NCBI GenBank assembly: GCA_044344255.1
Contig: JBIJDH010000016.1
Location: forward strand, 64,001 to 128,000
Direction of reading: 5' to 3'
DNA from: Myxococcota bacterium
Lineage (GTDB): Bacteria; Myxococcota_A; UBA796; UBA2385
DNA: 64,000 nucleotides
A program made the position numbers and the translations under genes. The notes beneath the pieces are model-generated. The model had not been told where the DNA came from and did no database searches. It saw only the letters and a program-made list of their open reading frames with translations. Positions 11,307-21,407 of the stretch are shown in pieces (within the stretch, counting starts at the first letter, position 1; every line of letters starts with the position of its first letter).

Positions 11307-13901
11307 TCAGTCCTCGCGCCAGCGGAGGAGGCGGAGGCCGTTGAAGACCACCACGAGGGTGCTGCCCTCGTGGAGGACCACGGCCTCGCTGATCTCCACC
11401 CAGCCCATCACGCTGGCCAGCACGAGCAGCGCGCTCACGCCGATCGCGATGCTCAAGTTCTGACGCACCACGCGCCGCGTGGCCTGGGCGAGCGAGACGG
11501 CGAAGGGCAACCGGCTGAGGTTGTCGGCCATCAGCACCACGTCGGCCGTCTCGAGGGCGACGTCGGAGCCTGCGCCGCCGAGGCTGATGCCGACGGTCGC
11601 GGTGGCCAGGGCGGGGGCGTCGTTCACGCCGTCGCCCACCATCGCCACGCCGCCGCTGCGGGCGAGCTCGCGCACGGCGAGGAGCTTCTCTTCGGGAAGG
11701 AGCGGGGCCCGCACATCGTCGATGCCCACCTTGGCGGCGACGCTCCTCGCCACGATCTCGTGGTCGCCCGAGAGCATCACGACCCGTCGGATGCCGAGGC
11801 CGTGTAAGGCCCGGACGGTGTCCGCCGACTCGCCGCGCAGCGTGTCGGCGACGCCGATGACGCCCAACACCTCGACCCCGGCGGCCACGATCATCGCAGT
11901 GCGGCCGGCCCGCTGCTCGGCCTCGAGCGCGGCGAGCACCACGGGCGGCGGCGGTGGGGCGGCGCCTTCGGCCTGGAAGAGCGCGGGGTTCCCGATCCAC
12001 ACGGGCACCCCGTCGACGACGGCCCGGAGGCCCTTGCCGTGGAGGGCGACGAGGTCTTCGGCGTGGCCGAGCGGGAGCCCGCGGGCGGCGGCCGCGGCGA
12101 CGACCGCCCGGGCGAGCGGGTGCCCGGAGAGGCCCTCCGCGGCGGCGGCGGTGGCGAGGAGCCGCGCCTCCGAGACGCCGGGGGCGGGCACCACGCCCTG
12201 CACGGTGGGCTTGTTCTCGGTGAGGGTGCCCGTCTTGTCGAAGGCGACGACGCGGAGCTTGCCGAGGGCGTCGAGGTGGGTGCCCCCCTTGACCAACACG
12301 CCGCCGCGGGCCGCCCGCGCCACGGCCGACAGCACCGCGGCGGGCGTGGAGATGGCGAGCGCGCAGGGCGAAGCGGCGACGAGCAGCGAGAGGCCCCGCA
12401 GCACGGAGTCCTGGAGGGGGTGTCCGGAGGCCAGCAGGCCGAGCGTGAACAGGGGGGCGCCGACGAGCACGATCGGCACGAAGATCCGCTCCACCCGGGT
12501 GGCAAAGCGTTGGGCCGGCCCCTTACGGGCCTCGGCGGCGGTGACGAGGTCGACCAGCCGCGCCAGCGTGGACGAGGAGGCGGCGCGGGTGACGCCCACC
12601 TCGAGCGTGCCCTCCTGGTTGACGGTGCCGGCGTAGACGGTCTCCCCCTTCGACTTCGGCACGGGGACGGACTCTCCGGTGACGGCGGACTGATCCACCG
12701 AGCTCTGCCCGTCCTTGACGACACCGTCGAGGGCGATCCGATCTCCGGGGCGCACCACCAGCGTGGCCCCCGGGGAGACCTCAGCCACCGGCACCTCGAC
12801 GATGTCGCCGCCCCGCCGCACCCGCGCCGTCTCGGGTCGCAGGCGGGCCAGGGCCTCGACGGCGGTGCGGGCGCGGTCGGTCGCCCGGTGCTCGAGGGCG
12901 TGGCCGAAGCTGAAGAGGAAGAGCAGGAAGGCGCCTTCGAACCAGGCACCGAGGGCCGCCGCGCCGACCGCGGCGAGCACCATCAGGGACTCGATGTCCG
13001 CCTTGCCCGCCCGCAGCGCGCCGATGGCCCCTCGAGTGGCCTGATAGCCGCCGGTGAGCAGGGCGAGCACGTAGAGCCCGTTGAGCGGCCAGCCCGGCGC
13101 GACGAGCCCCGACCACTCGAGCCCGAGGCCGACCGCGATCGAGGCGCCGGAGATGGCCACGAGGGCGCTGGCGCTGCGCGGCGAGAGGCCCCCGCCGTGG
13201 GCGTGCATCGAGCAGGCGTGCCCGGCCGAGGGCTCCTCGAGGCTGTAGCCAATGGCAGACACCCGCTTCTCGATCGCTCGCTCGCTCGTGAGCTCGGCGT
13301 CGTACTCGACCACGAGTCGCTCGGCGGCGTAGGCCACCTCGCCGGTGAGCACCCCCTCCATGCGGCTCAGCGCGTGCTCGATGAGCTCGCCGCACTGGGG
13401 GCTGTCCATCCCCACCACGAACCACGTCTTCAGGCGGAACTGGAGGGCGGTCTGCTTGCACACCCGCTCGAGCACCGGGACGAGGCCCTCGGGGCTGTAG
13501 ACGGCTGGATCGTAGACGACCTCGAGCTCCCGCTCGGCGCCGGCGCGTACGCTCACCCCGAGCAGCCCCGGCGTGCGGAGCAGGTTGCGGCGGAGCTCCG
13601 CGAAGCGGCCGGCCTCATCGGTCTCGCCGGGCAGCACATCATCGAGGCGGAGCTGGACCGCGGGCCGGCCGTCGGCGGCGGGCTCGAAGGAGGGGGCGCG
13701 CGGCGGTCGCGCGGGGTCGTGTCCGTGCCCGTGTCCGTGCCCGTGCCCGTGGTCGTGCCCGTGCCCGTGGTCGTGCCCGCAGCCGGCGGCTTGGGTGTAG
13801 CCGATCTTGGCGGGCTGCGCGGAGACCTTGAAGCCCCCGAGGGCCTGGATGTCGACCTTCGCCCCCGTCGGGCGGAGGGAGAGCTTGGGCGACGCGGCCA
13901 T
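11307..13901 (-). CDS. heavy-metal P1B-type ATPase (P1B-4 signature; Zn/Co/Cd/Fe-type) with His-rich N-terminus
   Basis: TGES, SPC, DKTGT, HP, GDGVND, HEGST; N-terminal GHDHGHGH tract and HMA-like GMDSPQC. Confidence 0.95.
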   Translation of the reverse strand: MAASPKLSLRPTGAKVDIQALGGFKVSAQPAKIGYTQAAGCGHDHGHGHDHGHGHGHGHGHDPARPPRAPSFEPAADGRPAVQLRLDDVLPGETDEAGRFAELRRNLLRTPGLLGVSVRAGAERELEVVYDPAVYSPEGLVPVLERVCKQTALQFRLKTWFVVGMDSPQCGELIEHALSRMEGVLTGEVAYAAERLVVEYDAELTSERAIEKRVSAIGYSLEEPSAGHACSMHAHGGGLSPRSASALVAISGASIAVGLGLEWSGLVAPGWPLNGLYVLALLTGGYQATRGAIGALRAGKADIESLMVLAAVGAAALGAWFEGAFLLFLFSFGHALEHRATDRARTAVEALARLRPETARVRRGGDIVEVPVAEVSPGATLVVRPGDRIALDGVVKDGQSSVDQSAVTGESVPVPKSKGETVYAGTVNQEGTLEVGVTRAASSSTLARLVDLVTAAEARKGPAQRFATRVERIFVPIVLVGAPLFTLGLLASGHPLQDSVLRGLSLLVAASPCALAISTPAAVLSAVARAARGGVLVKGGTHLDALGKLRVVAFDKTGTLTENKPTVQGVVPAPGVSEARLLATAAAAEGLSGHPLARAVVAAAAARGLPLGHAEDLVALHGKGLRAVVDGVPVWIGNPALFQAEGAAPPPPPVVLAALEAEQRAGRTAMIVAAGVEVLGVIGVADTLRGESADTVRALHGLGIRRVVMLSGDHEIVARSVAAKVGIDDVRAPLLPEEKLLAVRELARSGGVAMVGDGVNDAPALATATVGISLGGAGSDVALETADVVLMADNLSRLPFAVSLAQATRRVVRQNLSIAIGVSALLVLASVMGWVEISEAVVLHEGSTLVVVFNGLRLLRWRED

Positions 13902-13961
13902 CGGGGCTCCTGAGGCTGTGCGAGGGGAGGCGGTGGGTCGACTCGGGCCGCTACAGCGGGC

Positions 13962-15005
13962 TCAGTGGCCGTGGCGGTCGCGCTTTCGCGGGGCCCAGGC
14001 CGGGGCTGGCGGGGGCTCGGCGGCGTGGTCGCCGTCCTCGGCGTGGTCCTCACCCTCCTCGTGGTCTTCGTCTTCGTCGTGGTCTTCGTCGGGGAGGGGC
14101 TGCGTGTATCGCTCTCCGTTCACCTCGAGGGTGAAGGCGGTCGCCCCTTCGGGCAGGTCGAACTCGAGCACCGCGGGGAGCCGCTCTTCGTAGCGCATCA
14201 CCACCGTGCCCTTGTCGTCGAGAACGAGGCCCGAGCCGGCGACGGTCATGGTGCCATCGACGAGGACGGCGACCAGATCGGCCATCTCCTCCATGCGGTC
14301 GGCCACGCGGTGGCACCACAGGTGGCCCACCCCCGGGTACTCATCGTGACAGATGGCCTCCATCTGCTCTTCGTCCACCTTGGCGCCGACGCCCACGAGG
14401 ACGAAGTTCACGCGCGGCATCCGCCCGCTCGTCATCTCCCGCGCCACCTGGGCCGAGTAGGCCTTGACGTCGTCGGGGTCATAGAGCTGAGAGTCGGTGA
14501 TGAAGACGGCGAGGCCCTGTCGGGCTCCCTTCGGCACGTTGTCGCGGAAGTAGGTGATGAAGTCGCGGATGGCGGGGAGCAGCACCGTCCCCTTCCCGTA
14601 GGCCTTCGGCCCGGGGAACTTGTAGGTCGCGGCCTCGGGGGCGGTGAGCTCGCCCAAGACCTCGAGCTGGGCGCCGTCGCCGGTGGCCCAGTAGGCCGTC
14701 CGCACCTTGCTGTTCCGGTCTTTCCCAGCGAGGTACTCGAGCATCCAGCGCATCTGCGGCTCGACGGCGTTCTTCACGCCGCCGAGCTTGGCGAGCACCC
14801 CCCGAGGCCCGTACTCGGGCTCCATGCTGGCCGAGCCGTCCATGTACAGCGCGACGTCGAGCCCCTCCACGTTGGGATCGTGGAGGAGGGTGGCCACGAC
14901 GTGGTTGCCCTTCCGATGCACATCGGAGAAGGGGCGGACGATGACCTCATGTTTGTGCGACAAGGCGCGCCTCGGGCTCGGTGGGAGGCTCAGGGGGGAG
15001 CTCAC
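13962..15005 (-). CDS. vWA domain protein, paralogue 2, with His/Asp/Glu-rich tail
   Basis: MIDAS DGSAS, FITD, VLVGVG; tail DEDHDEDEDHEEGEDHAEDGDH. Confidence 0.8.
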   Translation of the reverse strand: MSSPLSLPPSPRRALSHKHEVIVRPFSDVHRKGNHVVATLLHDPNVEGLDVALYMDGSASMEPEYGPRGVLAKLGGVKNAVEPQMRWMLEYLAGKDRNSKVRTAYWATGDGAQLEVLGELTAPEAATYKFPGPKAYGKGTVLLPAIRDFITYFRDNVPKGARQGLAVFITDSQLYDPDDVKAYSAQVAREMTSGRMPRVNFVLVGVGAKVDEEQMEAICHDEYPGVGHLWCHRVADRMEEMADLVAVLVDGTMTVAGSGLVLDDKGTVVMRYEERLPAVLEFDLPEGATAFTLEVNGERYTQPLPDEDHDEDEDHEEGEDHAEDGDHAAEPPPAPAWAPRKRDRHGH

Positions 15006-15062
15006 GGGGGGAGTTCACGGGCGGAAGTTCGAGGTAGAGGAGACTGACGCGGGCGAGGCCGA

Positions 15063-16028
15063 TCAGTGGTGGTCTTCGTCCTCGTCTTCGTCGTCGTGGT
15101 GCCGCTCGGAGGGCAGGGGCTGAGTGTAACGCTGACCGCCCACCTCGAGCGTGAAGCTCTTCGTGTCGTCGGTGATCGGGAACTCGAGCACGGCGGGGAG
15201 GCGGCCCTCGTAACGACGGAGGACGTTGCCCTTGTCGTCGTAGATGGTGCCGCCGTCTCCGACGGTCATCGTCTCGTCGACCAGCACGGCCACGAGCTCG
15301 GCGAGCTGCTTGATCTCTTCGGCGATGCGGTGGCACCAGAGGTGGCCGACCCCGGGGTACTCCTCGTGGCAGACCTCCTCGAGCTGCTCCTCGTTGACCT
15401 GGTCTCCCACGCCGACGAGGATGAAGTTCACGCGGGGGAGCTTCCCAGAGGCGATCTGGGCGGCCACCTGGGCGGAGAGCTCCTTGACGCCGTCGGCGTC
15501 GTGGAGCTGGCCGTCGGTGATGAAGACCGCGCAGCCCTGGCGCGCGCCGGTCGCGACCTGGCCTCGGAAGTAGGACAGGAAGTCCTTGATCGCGGGCACG
15601 AGGCGGGTCTGGTTGCCGTACTTCTTCGGGCCGGTGAATTGGTAGGTCTTGCCCTGCTCACCGGTCATCTCGTCGATCATCTCGACCTCGGCGCCGCCCG
15701 TGCCGGTCGCCCAGTAGGCGACCCGCAGCTTGCCGTTGCGGTCCTTGTTGGCGAGGTAGTCGAGCATCCAGCGGGCCTGCGGCTCGACCTGGTTGGGGCG
15801 GACCTCAGTGGTGGGGGCCTGCCCGATGCCGAAGAGGCCCCAGAGCAGCCCGCCGCCGCGGCTGACGACCTCCCGCTCGTACTCGTCCTTCATGCTCCCC
15901 GAACCGTCCAGGTAGAGCGCCATGTCGAGGCCCTCCACAGTGGGGTCGTGCAAGAGCACGGCGCGGACGTGGTCGCCTTCGACGTGCAGATCAGAGAAGG
16001 GCTCTACGGGGCGTTCATGGTCGGACAT
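15063..16028 (-). CDS. vWA domain protein, paralogue 1, with His/Asp/Glu-rich tail
   Basis: MIDAS DGSGS, FITDG; tail RHHDDEDEDEDHH; AGGAG RBS. Confidence 0.85.
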   Translation of the reverse strand: MSDHERPVEPFSDLHVEGDHVRAVLLHDPTVEGLDMALYLDGSGSMKDEYEREVVSRGGGLLWGLFGIGQAPTTEVRPNQVEPQARWMLDYLANKDRNGKLRVAYWATGTGGAEVEMIDEMTGEQGKTYQFTGPKKYGNQTRLVPAIKDFLSYFRGQVATGARQGCAVFITDGQLHDADGVKELSAQVAAQIASGKLPRVNFILVGVGDQVNEEQLEEVCHEEYPGVGHLWCHRIAEEIKQLAELVAVLVDETMTVGDGGTIYDDKGNVLRRYEGRLPAVLEFPITDDTKSFTLEVGGQRYTQPLPSERHHDDEDEDEDHH

Positions 16029-16080
16029 TGACAGCTCCTGGGGGAAGGGTGGGCGGGCCTCGAGGGCGGCCCCGAGCGGG

Positions 16081-17352
16081 TCACTTGAAGTCCTTCATCC
16101 AGTCGGGAGGCGCGCCGCCGGCCCGATTGGGAGACGAGGGCTTATCCGGCTTTGGTTTCGGGCTCGCTTTCGGCGACTTGGCGCGCGGGGCCCCACCGCC
16201 GAAGTCGCGCATCCAGTCTTGGGGATCGGCCGGTCCACCCACACCTCCCGCAGCGGGCGGCTTCGGGGCGGCGACCGCGGGGGGCGCGGAAGGCGCGGAG
16301 GGGCGCGGGATCCGAGGGGCGGCGGGTGTGGCGGCGTTCACGGGGACCGTGGCGGCCGGGGCCGACCGCGCCCCTCCAACGCGCGTGGCGAGGGCGCGGG
16401 CGCGGTCGTCGGCGGCGGAGGCCGGGAGGGCCGCGAGCGCCGCCTGGACGAGGGCGCGGAACTCGTCCCAGCCTTCGGCTTGGCGCGGCAGGGCCCGGGC
16501 CTCGACGTCGCGCAGCAGCGAGGAGAGGAAGCCGGTGGCGGCGTGCTGGCCGCGCCGGACGAGGCGGGTGCCCTCGACGGCCCAGCCCACCTGGGACAGC
16601 TCCGCCACAGCGGCGGCCTGATCGACCACCGGCAGGATCTGCTTCAGCAGCGGGTGCTCGCGGACGAGGGGGTGGTCCTTCGGCGTGTCCTTCTCGAGGG
16701 CCTTGCGGGCGGCCTCGAGGAGGACGGAGGCCACGTCGGAGCAGCCGAGCTCATTGACGAGCTCGGTGGGGCAGAGCTCGGGGGAGGGGAGCTGCGGGAA
16801 GGCGAGGAGGATCCCCTCTCCTTGGGCGATCACCTCGGGGCGGTCTGCGGCGAGCAGGGCGCTGATGCAGCGGTGGCCCTCGGCGGTGGGCGCCTCTTCG
16901 GGGGTGGCGCGAAAGGCGAGGTCGGAGCCCTCGACCAGGGCCCGCAGCAGCGCGTGGCGGGGGAGGCTGAGCTGACCGCGGGCGACCACCGGGGCCTCGC
17001 TCGGGAAGGGGCCGGTGAGCGTGGCGAGGAGGGCCACGGGCTCGAGGAGATCGGCCATGTGGCCGCGCGGCTCGTCGACCCCGTCGAGCTCGCAGAGCCA
17101 GAGGGCGTCGGTGCGGAGGCGCAGCGGAGGACGCCCCTGCGAGAGCTCGTGGCGAGACACCTGGCGGCGGAGGGCGCTCGGCAGGGACGCGGGGGCTTGG
17201 AGGCGGAGCCCGCCCGCGACGCCGCGGACCACCGCCCACTCCGTGACCACGCCGAGGCCGTCCTCGAGCTCGATGATCGCCGCGACGTGGCCCGGTACGA
17301 GGGTCGTGGGGGCTGGAGCTTCGGTGGTGGCGACGAAGTAACGAGGGAGCAC
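16081..17352 (-). CDS. hypothetical protein with Pro/Ala linker and twice-repeated C-terminal DWMxDF motif
   Basis: GTG at 17352 preceded by GGAG; QDWMRDF and PDWMKDF near the C-terminus. Confidence 0.65.
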   Translation of the reverse strand: MLPRYFVATTEAPAPTTLVPGHVAAIIELEDGLGVVTEWAVVRGVAGGLRLQAPASLPSALRRQVSRHELSQGRPPLRLRTDALWLCELDGVDEPRGHMADLLEPVALLATLTGPFPSEAPVVARGQLSLPRHALLRALVEGSDLAFRATPEEAPTAEGHRCISALLAADRPEVIAQGEGILLAFPQLPSPELCPTELVNELGCSDVASVLLEAARKALEKDTPKDHPLVREHPLLKQILPVVDQAAAVAELSQVGWAVEGTRLVRRGQHAATGFLSSLLRDVEARALPRQAEGWDEFRALVQAALAALPASAADDRARALATRVGGARSAPAATVPVNAATPAAPRIPRPSAPSAPPAVAAPKPPAAGGVGGPADPQDWMRDFGGGAPRAKSPKASPKPKPDKPSSPNRAGGAPPDWMKDFK

Positions 17353-17375
17353 AGCCGCTCCAGGCGGGGTGGGCG

Positions 17376-17416
17376 AAAGTATCGAGCGCCCCTGGTCTGT
17401 CAAGTGGTCTGTCAAG
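17376..17416 (-). promoter_or_regulatory. sigma70-like promoter (TTGACA-N16-TACTTT) inside a 12-bp direct repeat
   Basis: Minus strand reads CTTGACAGACCA CTTGACAGACCA GGGGCGCTCGA TACTTT, upstream of the hypothetical-vWA-vWA-ATPase run. Confidence 0.5.
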
Positions 17417-17475
17417 GCGCCCGAACCGAGCTCCCCTCCCGTTGAAGCGGGCGCTGATCCGTGCCTGCCGGGCCG

Positions 17476-20010
17476 CTACAGCCGAGGATCGACCGGCTCG
17501 CTCTCGAGGGCCAGCACGCCGAAGGCGGCGGCGTGGACCCGCGCCAGCGGCTCGCCCTCGACGAAGCGGTGCAGCCCCTCGAGGCCGAGGAGGAATTCCT
17601 GCATCGCGAGGCGGCGCTTCCCGCCGAGACCGCGGCTCTTGAGGCGAGGGAGCTGGTTCGGCAGCGTATACTCGGGACCGTAGATGATGCGCAGATACTC
17701 CCGCCCGCGGCACTTCACCGCCGGCTGCACGAAGCCCTTCGGGCCGCGGTGGAGGAAGGCCTTGGGCTTGACGACCATGCCCTCTCCCCCTGCCGCGGTC
17801 ATCTCCTCCCACCAAGCGATGGCGCTGGCCACGGCGGCCTCATCGGCGAGCTGCACCGCCCTCCAGCGGGTGGGGAAGAGCGGGCCCGGGCGGGCGTCGC
17901 AGAGGCGGCTCGCCATCTCCATGTGCCAGGCGTGGTCCTTCCGGTCGTGGACCGCCCCCTCGCTGGCCAGCAGGTGAAAGGGCGCGAGCCGGAGGTCGAA
18001 CACGGACGAGACGGGCCAACAGTATCGCCTCCAGGCGGCCCGGTACCCCTCCACGGCCTGCAGGCGGGCCCGGGTCTGCTCCATCAGGGCGCCCACCTCC
18101 CGCCCCGCTCCCGCCGCCTGCGAGAGCGCCTCCACGGCGGCGCCGAGGGCCAGCGCGGCGGAGGTGCCGACGGGGGCGTACTGCTGGCGGAGGAGATCCT
18201 GGGCCTTCGCTGACCAGGGCATGAGCTCGCAGTCGAGGCACAGCCAGTCGGTGCGGAGCTCTGTCCAGAGCCCCGCCGCCTCGGCCGCCGCGCGCACCTC
18301 CTCGAGGAGGGCGGCCTCGAGGGCCCCGTCGTTGAAGAAGGGCCGGCCCGTGCGGGAGAGGATCCGGCCGCTCCCCGCCTCGACGCCGAAGCGGCGCCGG
18401 GCCGCGGCCTCATCGCGACAGACGACGACCACGGCGCGGCTCCCCATGTGCTTCTCTTCGCAGACCACCTCGTCGACCCCCTGGTCTCGGTAGTAGGAGA
18501 AGGCCTCCTCCGGGCGCTCGAGCCAGCCCTCTTTGCGGCTGGTCGCGCAGGGTGACATGGTGGGGGGGAGGTAGATGAGCCAACGGGGATCGGCGGAGAA
18601 GCGGCTCATCACCTCGAGGGCGGCGGCCGCCTCATCCTCGGGGACCGCCACCACGGGGCCCATGCGGGTGATGATGTGCTGGCGGCCGACCAGCGGCTCG
18701 AGGTCGAGCGCGGCGGCCGCTCGGAGGGGAGCCGGGGCCCGCGCCCCCGCCTGCAGGGGCCGGCTGGGCGCGTAATATTCGCGGGCCGCCTGCACGCTCC
18801 GGAGCTCCCGCTCGGGGTACCGCAGCGCGGTCAGCTTGCCGCCGAAGACACAGCCGGTGTCGACACAGACGGTGTTGTTGAGGTAGGCCGGCTCGGGCAT
18901 CGGCGTGTGCCCATAGACCACCAGCGCCTTCCCGCGGTAATTCACCGACCAGTCCTGTCGAACGGGGAGGCCGTATTCGTCAATCTCGCCGGTGGTGTCC
19001 CCGTAGAGGCAGAAGTCGCGGACGCGCCCCGAGGTGCGGCCCTGGTGCTGCGCCTTGATCCCGGCGTGGGCGACGGCGAGATCACCGCCGTCGAGCATGT
19101 AGTGGCTCACGAGGCCGCCGAGGAATTGGCGGACCTCATCCCGAAAGGCCGGGGTCTCCTGGGCGAGCTGGTCGAGCGACTCCTTCAGCCCGTGGTTGAC
19201 CTTCACTTCACGGCCGGACAGGGCCTTCACGAGCTTCACGTCGTGGTTCCCTGAGACACAGAGGGCCTCACCGGCAGCCACCATCCCCATCACCCGGCGC
19301 AGGACCGCCGGGACGGCGGGGCCGCGATCGACGAGGTCGCCGAGGAAGACGGCGCGTCGGCCCGCGGGGTGGCGCCGCAGGCCGCCCTCGCCCTCGGCGT
19401 AGCCCAGGCCCTCGAGCAGGGCCTCGAGCTCGTCGGCGCAGCCGTGGACATCGCCGATGATGTCGAAGGGGCCTCGCTCGTCGCGGCGGTTGACCCAGAG
19501 TCTCTCCCGCTCGATCTCCAGCGTGTCGGCCTCTTCGGGGCTGCGGAGGACGGTCACATAACGGACACCCTCCCGCTCCAGCTCCCGCAGCGAGCGGCGA
19601 AGGTTGGCGGTCTGGGCGTGGATGGCGCGGGGGCCGACTGTGCGGTCCGGGCGGGCGGCGTCGCGGTCAATGCAGACCTGGGGATCGACCGCGAGCACGA
19701 TCGCTGCGACGAAGACGTGCTGCCGGCGCGCGATCTCGAGGAGGGGCCGCCGCGCCTCGGGCTGGACGTTGGTGGCGTCGATCACCGTGAGGCGGCCGCC
19801 CTTCAGGCGCTCCTCGGTGATGTGATTGAGCAGCGCGAAGGCGGCGGGGGTGATGAGCTGGTCATTCGGGTCATCGGCCAGCATCTCGCGACAGGCGTCG
19901 CTCGACACGACCTCGGAGGCCTTGAAGAGGCGCCGCGCGAGGGTCGATTTTCCGGCGCCGGAGGGCCCGACGAGGAGGACGAGGCAGAGCTCGGGGAGGT
20001 TCAGGCGCAT
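17476..20010 (-). CDS. pnkp: bacterial polynucleotide kinase-phosphatase-ligase (Pnkp)
   Basis: Kinase GPSGAGKS; metallophosphoesterase GDVHG/GDLVDRG/GNHD/GHT; ligase motif EEKHMGSR; downstream of hen1. Confidence 0.95.
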   Translation of the reverse strand: MRLNLPELCLVLLVGPSGAGKSTLARRLFKASEVVSSDACREMLADDPNDQLITPAAFALLNHITEERLKGGRLTVIDATNVQPEARRPLLEIARRQHVFVAAIVLAVDPQVCIDRDAARPDRTVGPRAIHAQTANLRRSLRELEREGVRYVTVLRSPEEADTLEIERERLWVNRRDERGPFDIIGDVHGCADELEALLEGLGYAEGEGGLRRHPAGRRAVFLGDLVDRGPAVPAVLRRVMGMVAAGEALCVSGNHDVKLVKALSGREVKVNHGLKESLDQLAQETPAFRDEVRQFLGGLVSHYMLDGGDLAVAHAGIKAQHQGRTSGRVRDFCLYGDTTGEIDEYGLPVRQDWSVNYRGKALVVYGHTPMPEPAYLNNTVCVDTGCVFGGKLTALRYPERELRSVQAAREYYAPSRPLQAGARAPAPLRAAAALDLEPLVGRQHIITRMGPVVAVPEDEAAAALEVMSRFSADPRWLIYLPPTMSPCATSRKEGWLERPEEAFSYYRDQGVDEVVCEEKHMGSRAVVVVCRDEAAARRRFGVEAGSGRILSRTGRPFFNDGALEAALLEEVRAAAEAAGLWTELRTDWLCLDCELMPWSAKAQDLLRQQYAPVGTSAALALGAAVEALSQAAGAGREVGALMEQTRARLQAVEGYRAAWRRYCWPVSSVFDLRLAPFHLLASEGAVHDRKDHAWHMEMASRLCDARPGPLFPTRWRAVQLADEAAVASAIAWWEEMTAAGGEGMVVKPKAFLHRGPKGFVQPAVKCRGREYLRIIYGPEYTLPNQLPRLKSRGLGGKRRLAMQEFLLGLEGLHRFVEGEPLARVHAAAFGVLALESEPVDPRL

Positions 20011-21407
20011 CGGGTGAACACCGCCATCTGGGTCGGGGCGCCGAGCTCGGGGTGGGCCTCACCGATGCCGGAGTGGGCGACGGTGTAGCCGTGCTCCGCG
20101 CAGCGCCCTTCACACCAGGCCTGGAACTCGGCGCGGGTCCACTCGAAGCGGTGGTCTCCGTGGCGGAGCGTGCCCGGAGGGAGGCCGGCGAAGAGCGTGT
20201 TGTACTCGACGTTGGGCGTGGTGAGGAGGATCGTGGGCGGGCGGAGCGCCCCGAAGATCGCGGCAGAGAGGGAGGGGAGCCAGAAGGGCTCGAGGTGCTC
20301 GATCACCTCGACCATCACGAGGGCGTCGGCCCCCTCGAGGCGGGGGTCCCGATAGGGCGCGGAGCCTTGGAGCAGGCGCAGGCGGCCCGGCTCCCGGTCC
20401 TCGATCCGCTCGAGATCGAGGCGCCGGGCCGTGATCTGGAGCGTGCGCACCGAGACGTCGACGCCGGTGAGCCGCGTGAAACGAGGCTCCTGGACCAGGG
20501 CCTTGAGGAGCTTGCCCTCGCCGCAGCCCATGTCGATGACCGATCGGGCGCCGGCGGCCAGGAGCGCCTCCCTCACGGCGGCGATGCGCCGCTGGTCGAG
20601 CGAGAGGGGGCGCTCCATCGCCGACTCGCCTCGACCCCGCTCGATCTCCTCGGCCTCGGGATCGGCCTCCACCACGCCCTCTCCGGCGAGGCGGGACAGG
20701 ACCTCGCGCGAGAGGCTCCGCGCCGCCTTGCCGAGGAAGCGCTCGGTGATGAGCGTGCGCTCGGGGTGGTGCTCCAGCCAGCCCTGGCCGTGCCGGAGCA
20801 GCTTCTCGGCCTCCTCGCGGTCGACCCAGTAGTGTTTCTCGGCGTCGAGGACGGGGATCAGCACATAGAGGTGGTTGAGCAGGGCCGAGAGGCGGACGGT
20901 GGCCGACAGGGTGACCTTGGCCACCCGCGCCGCCCCCCAGTCGGGGCGGGTCTCGTCGAGGGCGGGGGCCTCGATCTGCAGCGTGTAGCCGAGCGGGGCG
21001 AAGAGGCGCTCGATCAGCGCTGGCCCGCCTCGACAGGGCAGGGCGGCGAGGGTGGCCACGAGCGGGATGGGCGTCGCGGCGAGGGTGGGTCGCTCTTTAC
21101 ACTCGCCGCTCATCGCGTTTCGGAGGACCTGCGCCATCGCCACCGCGAAGAAGCTGGAGGCGACATAGGGCCGATCATTGACATACTGCTGCAGCGCGAA
21201 ACCCTCACCCTCGTCTCGGCGGACGAGGCCGACGGGATCGATGTCGAGCAGGAGGGCCGCGGTGCAGCGCTCGGGGGTGGCCTCTGGATAAAATACGGTA
21301 GCAACGCCCCAGTTCAGGTCCCAGCTCTGTACGCGATCGGGGTGCTTGTAGAGCAGGTAGCCGAGGTCTGTGGCGGGTGTGTGGGTGGTGGTCAGCGTGA
21401 GCAGCAT
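20001..21407 (-). CDS. hen1: 3'-terminal RNA ribose 2'-O-methyltransferase Hen1
   Basis: N-terminus MLLTLTTTHTPATDLGYLLYKHP; SAM motif DMGCGEG; EVIEH; HRFEW. Confidence 0.95.
   Translation of the reverse strand: MLLTLTTTHTPATDLGYLLYKHPDRVQSWDLNWGVATVFYPEATPERCTAALLLDIDPVGLVRRDEGEGFALQQYVNDRPYVASSFFAVAMAQVLRNAMSGECKERPTLAATPIPLVATLAALPCRGGPALIERLFAPLGYTLQIEAPALDETRPDWGAARVAKVTLSATVRLSALLNHLYVLIPVLDAEKHYWVDREEAEKLLRHGQGWLEHHPERTLITERFLGKAARSLSREVLSRLAGEGVVEADPEAEEIERGRGESAMERPLSLDQRRIAAVREALLAAGARSVIDMGCGEGKLLKALVQEPRFTRLTGVDVSVRTLQITARRLDLERIEDREPGRLRLLQGSAPYRDPRLEGADALVMVEVIEHLEPFWLPSLSAAIFGALRPPTILLTTPNVEYNTLFAGLPPGTLRHGDHRFEWTRAEFQAWCEGRCAEHGYTVAHSGIGEAHPELGAPTQMAVFTRCA

Noticed and set aside
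13716..13781. GTGCCC-type hexamer repeat as a contingency locus
   Set aside because: In-frame His-Gly coding tract of the ATPase; unit changes would not shift the frame
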